NCBI GenBank assembly: GCA_964634365.1
Contig: CAZWJU010000001.1
Coordinates: 167,028 to 231,027 of the forward strand
Direction: 5' to 3'
Origin: an uncultured Candidatus Saccharibacteria bacterium
GTDB lineage: Bacteria > Patescibacteriota > Minisyncoccia > Phycocordibacterales > UBA9973
DNA length: 64,000 nt
Shown here: one piece after another, positions 60,230 to 64,000 of the stretch
How positions within the stretch are numbered: position 1 is the stretch's first letter
How the letters are laid out: each line of letters opens with the position of its first letter
The notes under the pieces: model-generated
What the model was told of the DNA's origin: nothing
Databases searched by the model: none
Seen by the model: only the letters and a program-made list of their open reading frames with translations
Program-made: the position numbers and the translations under genes

Positions 60230-60952
60230 ATGCAATACAAACTTCTATTTTTAGACACAGAAACAACCGGCAATGAAGCAAAAGACCGTCTTTGCCAGAT
60301 TGCTTATAGCGACGGCAAGGCTCGTGTCGAAGCACTCTTCAGGCCCCCAGTCCCTATATCTATAGAATCTATGGCTGTTCACCATATCACAACCAAGATA
60401 GTACAGGACAAACCTGCTTTCAAATTCAGCACAGAACACGCATTTCTCGCAAAAAAATTCAAAGAAGAAGAAACCATAGTCGTAGCTCACAATGCTACTT
60501 TTGATCTTGAAATGCTCGCCAAAGAAGATCTGATACCTGACAAGTTTATTTGCACTTTGCGTGTTGCCAGATATCTGGACCCAGAAGAAAAGATCCCATC
60601 TTATAGACTTCAATACTTAAGATACTTTCTAGACATCGAGATTGACGCGACTGCACACGACGCACTCGGCGATGTGCTCGTACTTGAAAAATTATTTGAG
60701 AGACTTTTTAGAAAAATTGCCGATAGCGAAGAACTCACCGAATCACAAACTTACGAGAAGATGATAGAAATATCAAAAACTCCTTCGATTATCCGCACTT
60801 TTAGATTTGGAAAATACAACGGACAAAAAGTAGAAGAGGTTGCAAAGATTGATCGTGGATACTTAGAATGGATGCTCGCTCAAAAATCTGCAGTTGAAAG
60901 TGGAGGAGAAGACTGGATATACACACTCAATCATTTTTTAGGTAAAAATTAA
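60230..60952 (+). CDS. DEDDh 3'-5' exonuclease (DnaQ-like) with C-terminal DUF3820-like extension
   Basis: The product has Exo I FLDTETTG, an Exo II region, and Exo III HDALGD. Confidence 0.8.
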   Translation: MQYKLLFLDTETTGNEAKDRLCQIAYSDGKARVEALFRPPVPISIESMAVHHITTKIVQDKPAFKFSTEHAFLAKKFKEEETIVVAHNATFDLEMLAKEDLIPDKFICTLRVARYLDPEEKIPSYRLQYLRYFLDIEIDATAHDALGDVLVLEKLFERLFRKIADSEELTESQTYEKMIEISKTPSIIRTFRFGKYNGQKVEEVAKIDRGYLEWMLAQKSAVESGGEDWIYTLNHFLGKN

Positions 60953-60984
60953 AACGACCCACATGGGTCGTTTTTAAGTTTCCT
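60951..60984. terminator. Bidirectional intrinsic terminator
   Basis: The hairpin aaacgacccacatgggtcgttttt forms the terminator. Confidence 0.7.
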
Positions 60985-60986
60985 AT

Positions 60987-61304
60987 TCAATCATCACAAC
61001 CGCAGTCAAAAAATGCTGTGGTTTTTTCTTTGTGTTCACAATCGTAAACGGATATCTCCGGCGGTTTCGGCACACTTCGTATGCCGACAAACACCGCCCC
61101 GAGAACCGCCAGTACGAGGACCGCATAAGCAAGTCGGTAAACGACCGGTCGATGATTCTGAAACGGATAAATAAAATTATCCCACATTTTCTTGAACCAA
61201 AGACCAATTGATCTTCGATTTAATAAAATCGCCGATAGAGCGCTGAGGATAATAAAAAACCCGAGAAAAGCGAGCCCACCGGCCTCGCAAGATGAAATTT
61301 CCAT
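60987..61304 (-). CDS. Small 2-TM protein with C-terminal Cys cluster; locally GC-rich
   Basis: The product ends in the tail YDCEHKEKTTAFFDCGCDD, and the gene has GC clearly above the flanks. Confidence 0.4.
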   Translation of the reverse strand: MEISSCEAGGLAFLGFFIILSALSAILLNRRSIGLWFKKMWDNFIYPFQNHRPVVYRLAYAVLVLAVLGAVFVGIRSVPKPPEISVYDCEHKEKTTAFFDCGCDD

Positions 61305-61386
61305 AAGTTACGTTTTTTATTATTATAACTAAATAATAAAATTTGTCAAAAATTAAATCCCCCGCACTAGCGAGGGATTCTCAATT

Positions 61387-61674
61387 TTATTTTTTTACGA
61401 TCTTGTTTTTAAGATCCTGACTAAACCATCTTATCCACTTTGGCATATTGTGTTTAGTCTCCCAATCAAAGGCTCGCCAAACTCTCCACGCAAAAAAACC
61501 AAAGAAAACAAGTATGGCAATCCCTTTTGATAAATTTTCACCTAAGTCTAGTAGGTAAAAAAAATTTTTCAGTATTAAGCCTATTAAAAATGGTATACCT
61601 AAAAAATGAATCAAGAAAACAGGGATCAAAAACAAATCATATATAAGCTTTACAAGCTCAGTGTATATTTTCAT
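61387..61674 (-). CDS. Small 2-TM membrane protein
   Basis: The 95-aa product is hydrophobic. Confidence 0.4.
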   Translation of the reverse strand: MKIYTELVKLIYDLFLIPVFLIHFLGIPFLIGLILKNFFYLLDLGENLSKGIAILVFFGFFAWRVWRAFDWETKHNMPKWIRWFSQDLKNKIVKK

Positions 61675-61758
61675 TATTTAAACTTTATATAACTCTACTA
61701 CTATAAAAAAGCTGGTCAAACCTAACTATATTTTATAAATATTTGTTATAATTGGTAA

Positions 61759-62817
61759 ATGGAAAATTTAACCTTTGGAATTATTGGAGCAGTAGTCGCT
61801 GGTTTTTTAGTCTACTTGCTAACTAAAAACAAAAAAGATAATTCTGGCTCTACTGACGAATTATTGATTGAGCTCATTAAGAATGTTGACGCGAAGCTTG
61901 GGGAGTCACAAAAACAAATGAGCGAATCTATTCGTTATCAGACTTCAGAGTCTCAAAATCTTATTCATAAAATAACGGAGCAAATAAATAAAAGCCTAAT
62001 AGATGTTGTAAGGGAGCAAACAAAAACTAATGAAGCTACGACAAAATTCGTATCAATTGCAGAGCAATTGGGCAATCTTGAAAAAGTTCTTAAACACCAA
62101 AAACAACGTGGAAACTTAGGCGAAGCATCACTTGAACTTATCTTATCTAATATCCTGCCTCCCGATGCATTCACAATGCAATATATGTTTAAAAATGGCG
62201 AAAAAGTTGACGCCGTAATAAAGACAAAAGAAGGACTGATATCGATTGATGCAAAATTTTCACTTGATAATTATGAAAGGCTAATAAATGCAATCAGCGA
62301 TGAACAACGTTTAGAACTAGAAAATGATTTCAGGAAAGATTTAAAGAAAAGAATAGATGAGACATCCAAATATGTTAGAGAAACTGAGGGGACTCTCCGA
62401 TTTGCATTTATGTTTATCCCCGCAGAAGCAATATATTACGATCTATTAGTGAATGAAATCGGTGCAGTGAAGGTAAATACACGAAATTTGATTGACTATG
62501 CGAAGGAAAAAAATGTAATCATTGTCTCACCTACAACATTTGCCGCCTACCTTCAATCTGTGCTTTATGGTTTTAAGGCTTTTAAATTCGAAGAAACAGT
62601 AAAGGATGTTATGAAAAGAGTAGAAGAACTTGGTAAGCACTACAAAGCTTATGAGGAATTTCACAATAAACTTGGTAACTCTATAAACACAGTTTACAAT
62701 CATTACAATGCATCTGGAAAAGAGCTCAAAAAAATCGATAAAGATGTTTTGAAGATTACGGGAACATCAAATGAAATCGAGCCATTAATCTTAGATAAAA
62801 TGGACACCGAAGAATAA
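61759..62817 (+). CDS. rmuC: DNA recombination protein RmuC
   Basis: An N-terminal TM and coiled coil are followed by an RmuC C-terminal domain with FMFIPAEA. Confidence 0.85.
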   Translation: MENLTFGIIGAVVAGFLVYLLTKNKKDNSGSTDELLIELIKNVDAKLGESQKQMSESIRYQTSESQNLIHKITEQINKSLIDVVREQTKTNEATTKFVSIAEQLGNLEKVLKHQKQRGNLGEASLELILSNILPPDAFTMQYMFKNGEKVDAVIKTKEGLISIDAKFSLDNYERLINAISDEQRLELENDFRKDLKKRIDETSKYVRETEGTLRFAFMFIPAEAIYYDLLVNEIGAVKVNTRNLIDYAKEKNVIIVSPTTFAAYLQSVLYGFKAFKFEETVKDVMKRVEELGKHYKAYEEFHNKLGNSINTVYNHYNASGKELKKIDKDVLKITGTSNEIEPLILDKMDTEE

Positions 62818-63426
62818 ATGGAAGTTATATTAGGTACAATAGCTGGCGCAGGAGCAGTCGCTGGCTTAAAGAGAGTTTTCGATCGAGCACCGAAACGTAA
62901 AATCCCTGAAAACGGGATTGTATCGCCTGCGTCTGGAAAAGTTATCGAGATCACAGATATCAATCCAGCAAATTTTGAATTTATAAAAAAGAAAATTAAA
63001 AATTCTGTTTCACTTCCTGAGCTTGGACAGAGCGCGAAGATGATCGTAATAGAGATGAACATCCGCGACGTCCATGTTCAGCGCGCTCCGATAGACGGCA
63101 CAGTTATATATTCAAAACACTTTTCCGGTAAGCATAAAAATGTGATCCATAGTAAAAGTAAAAAAGACTCTGTATATATAAACGAAAAACAAATTACAGT
63201 TTTGAAAGGTGTAGATTTTTCAGTTGGCGTAATACAAGTAGCTGGATTTGTAGCTAGACGTATAAAATCCAGAGTGCATATGGGCCAAAATATTTCCAAA
63301 GGTGCAATCATCGGCAAGATTTCTTTTGGATCTCAAACTATACTCATCCTACCAAACACTCTAAGTATAAAAATAAAAATCGGGGACCGAGTCACTGACG
63401 GAGAAACCGTGATTGCACAAAATTAA
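62818..63426 (+). CDS. psd: Phosphatidylserine decarboxylase-related proenzyme (short archaeal-type)
   Basis: The product has an FGSQ self-cleavage motif near the C-terminus. Confidence 0.75.
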   Translation: MEVILGTIAGAGAVAGLKRVFDRAPKRKIPENGIVSPASGKVIEITDINPANFEFIKKKIKNSVSLPELGQSAKMIVIEMNIRDVHVQRAPIDGTVIYSKHFSGKHKNVIHSKSKKDSVYINEKQITVLKGVDFSVGVIQVAGFVARRIKSRVHMGQNISKGAIIGKISFGSQTILILPNTLSIKIKIGDRVTDGETVIAQN

Positions 63427-63455
63427 AACCACTTCAATTGAAGTGGTTTATTTTT
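63426..63455. terminator. Bidirectional intrinsic terminator
   Basis: The hairpin aaaccacttcaattgaagtggtttattttt is nearly identical to the rplU terminator at 716..745. Confidence 0.7.
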
Positions 63456-63972
63456 ATATATTCAAGATAAATTTACATTGACGGATCACATCTACAGGCC
63501 CACAATTCATCTCGATAAAATATCTCGCCCCGTCATACACATACTTTTCATGACCAGCATGAAGAGTAAGTCCGTCTGCTACAGGAATCCACGCGACACT
63601 TTTTACTTCATTTTTGTCTAAACCGTAAAAAGTATCGATGAATTTGTCTTTCGGTAAAAATGCAAAGTACACAGTCGTCTCAATCCAGGCATTGTCAGTG
63701 TTTCGATAATCGTCTGAATACTTTCGATACATCCTTTTCAACAGACGTTGATCGAAATTTTTAAATTGAGGAACTTCTTCGCCAAGCTCACGTAAAGCGG
63801 CTGTTACTTTTGACTCGCCTTTGTCTACCATTCCACCTACAACTGCATTCATACCATTGTCGGCACGCTTGATAGCTAAAAAACAGAGTAGGCCAGTTCT
63901 TGGGTGGATAGTTAACATTACTACATCTACCGCACGGTTGGCTCCCCAGTTATATAGAAGCCCGCGACCCAT
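63454..63972 (-). CDS. Nudix hydrolase (may extend beyond the window end)
   Basis: The product has the Nudix box GGMVDKGESKVTAALRELGEE. Confidence 0.7.
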   Translation of the reverse strand: MGRGLLYNWGANRAVDVVMLTIHPRTGLLCFLAIKRADNGMNAVVGGMVDKGESKVTAALRELGEEVPQFKNFDQRLLKRMYRKYSDDYRNTDNAWIETTVYFAFLPKDKFIDTFYGLDKNEVKSVAWIPVADGLTLHAGHEKYVYDGARYFIEMNCGPVDVIRQCKFILNI

Positions 63973-64000
63973 GATACCTGTCCTGCCACAAGGGTTTAGC

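Overview
This window is a low-GC (roughly one-third GC), tightly packed bacterial chromosome segment with short intergenic spacers and many bidirectional intrinsic terminators. The gene set fits a reduced-genome lineage of Patescibacteria/CPR-like or Firmicute-like character; this is inference from archaeal-type short AspRS plus GatB, split transketolase and coiled-coil murein hydrolases. Most of the roughly 85 CDS are housekeeping genes. Translation genes are rplU, rpmA, rplI, rpmE, rplY, trpS, aspS, gltX, a partial cysS, gatB, prfA and obg. DNA genes are dnaB, recR, scpAB, rmuC and a DnaQ-like exonuclease. Cell-envelope genes are a PBP5-like carboxypeptidase, mraY, ftsW, murG, glmS, M23 and lysozyme-like hydrolases and a CtpA-like protease. 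A sugar-phosphate cluster holds gap, fba, tkt in two pieces, rpe, rpiB and a PfkB kinase. There is one tRNA-Ile(GAU). The most unusual region is the F1Fo ATP synthase operon at 29455..37896 on the minus strand. It carries three tandem paralogous small 3-TM membrane-protein genes between atpA and atpG, and each junction has a near-identical ~30-nt copy of the atpG translation-initiation region. Two further non-canonical ORFs lie between atpE/atpF and between atpG/atpD. The non-coding catches are a T-box leader upstream of aspS, three candidate small RNA genes (two tandem at 26205..26555 and one GC-rich at 15159..15335) with consensus TTGACA-17-TGnTATAYT promoters and intrinsic terminators, and a promoter-leader-terminator unit upstream of an uncharacterized two-gene cassette (unknown protein plus M28 peptidase). 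No CRISPR array, transposase, integrase or reverse transcriptase was recognised.
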